A DNA stretch of 64,000 nt from assembly GCF_024521635.1 (NCBI RefSeq), contig NW_026250403.1, forward strand, positions 1,798,001-1,862,000. The letters are read 5' to 3'. The first letter of the stretch is position 1; every line of letters begins with the position of its first letter. Origin of the DNA: Tricharina praecox (taxonomy: Eukaryota). Position numbers and translations under genes: made by a program. Positions 61,301 through 64,000 of this stretch are shown in pieces. The notes under the pieces are model-generated. The model saw nothing but the letters and a program-made list of their open reading frames with translations. It was not told where the DNA came from and made no database searches.

Positions 61301-62684
61301 GCCAGACAGATCAGGCACTATCTGTCTGCCCTGCTGGTGTTGCTGCAGAAGGGCATCGAGGCTGCGCAGTACTTTATCGACGAAGCCCAAGAGGGGATTG
61401 AGAGTGCCATTGAGCTGGCAAGCAGCGCTCTGGAGAGCGCCAAATCCGTCTGGGACGAGACGGAGGCAGCTGTGGACGCCGTGCTGGACGAGCTGCAAGA
61501 TGACTTCCAGCGGGGGCTTGAGTCGCTTGAGTTGAACCTATTCACGACGCAACAAGAAGCTGAGGACGCCATTTTTGAGGCTGGCAAGGAACTGGAGCAG
61601 GCAAAGATGATCAGCGCTACTACCATCGCTGCAACCATCACCGTCGTGCGGAAGAAGAAGGCCGAGATGCGAAAGGGCATCACCACCAAGTTGCAGGAGA
61701 TTCGCGAGGTCAAGGAGAAAACCAAGGCGAAGTTTGGAGCGCTCGAGGAGAAGATTAAGCACATCGAGGAGAAGGTCAAGCATGCACAGAGTACGTACTA
61801 TCCCACCCATATTGTAAAACCTATTCGTTAACGATGACTACTTAGTTTGGTACGACACATGTAGTGCCCACTTCCAGGCTGCCGAGCAGACCGTCGAGGA
61901 CGCGCCGTTCTATCGCAAGATCGACCTCTCTTTGCCGGTGCATAGGTGGCGCCAAGTTAGAGACGACGCCTTAGCGGAACTCACCATACTGAAGCTACAG
62001 CTCAGTCAAGCGATTACGTCCTCCCAGAGTCCCGAATACAACGAACTCCGCGCTCGAAAGGCAGCAATGAAAGACGATCTCCGCCAAACCCGAATGATCT
62101 CGGAGAAGACAATTGCCGATGCCGAAGCAGACCTAGAGGCGGAAAGAAAAGTGCAGGAGGCCCTCGTCAATTACCACGAGGCCAAGGTTGTCAAGGAAGC
62201 GGTGGCTGGCTCGCAGAACAATATCAAGGAGAAAGAGCGGGCGATGCAGCGGTTCAAGGAGGAACGCGAGACGGCTGTCCAGGAGGCACTCGCCCGCAAG
62301 GAGGCGCTCGCCCAGAGCCGCGAACGCGAGCTGCTCGACGCCGCAAGGGACGAGTTCAAAAAGGCCACTATCGCCAAGGTCGACGTAGCCGCGGCCAAAT
62401 CGGCGATCGAGAAGATCCCGACAACTATCTCGGCCGACTGGCTCGAAACTCTGGTCGACGGCATCGACGACGTGCTCGACATCAAGCGCGTCGAGGTCTC
62501 GGGAAGCTTGAGGGATCTGGTTCAGCACGGAAAACCGCTCAAAGCGGAAATTACTATGGTGGTTGCGGGGAAGGAGATGGTCTTTGCTCTGGATTATGGC
62601 GTCGCCGATGCTGTCGGGTTTGTGGGCGGTGTTTTGGAGGGCGCGTGGGATGCTGTTTGTGAGGTTTTCGATGGGGAGGAGTAG
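58365..62684 (+). CDS. Large (~1400 aa) uncharacterised protein: long beta-strand-rich region plus C-terminal coiled coil; introns 59430-59479 and 61791-61845
   Basis: Three long ORFs are joined in frame by GTACGT..AG introns (GLR|ISDLRL and HAQ|IWYDTC). Confidence 0.82.
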
Positions 62685-63582
62685 GGTGGTGGTTATCGTG
62701 GTGTTGGAGTTGTCATTCTGCGAGCATAGCATAGCATTGGAAGGCGTTATTTATTATAGTGGGCATGGACGGAATGGGTTATGAGCATGGAGTTGGAGTA
62801 TCAATGGCAGTCCTGACAATTCGATATCGCTTGGAAGTCTGAACATCTGAGCATTCTGGAATCGTGAGGGATGAAGCATGACTAAATGACGGTAATGCAA
62901 TGGATAGATCGGCGAAAAGATGAGTTTGATACTCTGAAAGCACCATAACTCAAGCAGAGACGAGTGATATCTCAAGAACACCACAGGAGCCATAACCACA
63001 CCCAAGCCGTCCGCTATCTTACTCTATCCTCTACTATGGCGCCTTAACTGGTCATATGTGCACGGTTGTTCAAATTACACCCAATTCAACAAGTAAATTA
63101 TTTCCATACTCAAGAGCTAGTGAGTGAGATTCCATGAGTACACGCAGCCAGCAGTGCTCCATTGTACTCACCGTACTCTCCGCATGATGCATCCCACTCC
63201 CGATTACCGCGTTGTTACCTCATACCTCATACATCCGCGGCACGGACTGCTTACCTAGAGATTTTCACATGATCGTCGTCACGAACTCATATTGACGTCA
63301 ACGCCCCTCCGCTGCTCAGCTCAGTCGACTGTGCACAAAACCCGGTCCTCCTGCTCCTGCTGCTCATATTCCGCAGCCAGAAATCCACTCCAACCCACAT
63401 CACACCGCATCCCATACGAGAGAAACCAACCCATAGAAGCCAAAATTGATTTCCCCTCCCTCCTCGAGCAGCAGCAGCAGCCCCGGCGGTCTTCGCGCGC
63501 CAGCACCACCAGCAGCAGCAGCACCACCACTACCACCAACTGCGCCACCACCACCAGCATCAACAGCAGCACAGCCCCCGCA

Positions 63583-63995
63583 ATGTCAGACAAGCACATG
63601 CTCGACATCGCGCACGCGGCCGAAAAGGACCTGAACAGCTACGACGCCAAAGTCGGCCACCCTCGACGCAACAAGAGCGATTCCAGTCCTCCCCCCCTCC
63701 CTTCCCCCCACCCCCTTTCTTCCCCTCCCCCTTTTATCCACCCAGCTGACACTGCTGCTGCGTAGCCAACGAATCCGGCGTGGACAAAGGCGTAGAGAAC
63801 AAGTTCTCGGGCGCGCACGTGACGTACGGGGCCGCAAGCACGGGCCGCGTCATCCCCGCGCAGGAGGGCGGCGATCAGATCGGGAAGGGAGGGGGCAGGC
63901 CGACCGTAGATAGGGACTTTGAAGGCCCTGGCGGGCCGGAGGATAAGGCTGAATTGGCGAGGAGGGAGAGGCCCGGGGATGATAGGGTTGAGTAG
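63583..63995 (+). CDS. Small hydrophilic conserved fungal protein; intron 63686-63765
   Basis: IAHAAEKDLNSYDAKVG..SDS|TNESGVD..VENKF.GA.VTYG...IP..EGGD...DFEG.GGPEDK, a pattern I recognise from uncharacterised ascomycete proteins. Confidence 0.75.
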
Positions 63996-64000
63996 GTAGC

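Overview
Eukaryotic, intron-containing DNA from a filamentous ascomycete fungus. Evidence: short GT-AG introns with CTRAC branch sites and the fungal genes PEX7, uaY and Egh16-like; a Pezizomycetes-like origin is only a guess. Left part (1-32.5 kb): the 3' part of the PRC2 H3K27 methyltransferase (EZH2/KMT6-like), CIA30, an AlkB-GRF oxygenase, PEX7, a coiled-coil protein, two identical intron-containing tRNA-Arg(TCG) genes, a tRNA-Trp(CCA), about 9.6 kb without recognisable genes upstream of the Zn2Cys6 purine regulator uaY, and an Egh16/GAS1-like secreted protein. Middle (about 33-51 kb) looks accessory: a 319-bp hAT-type MITE with a perfect 8-bp target-site duplication, a C2H2 zinc-finger pseudogene broken by short tandem duplications, orphan genes, a third tRNA-Arg(TCG), and a highly divergent intronless Atg8 paralogue with its scissile Gly intact but a remodelled receptor-docking strand (the most interesting item). 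Right part: a vWA surface protein whose start codon is split by an intron, a GST, a ~1400-aa uncharacterised beta-rich/coiled-coil protein and a small conserved fungal protein. All family calls come from reading the sequence by eye; no searches were run.
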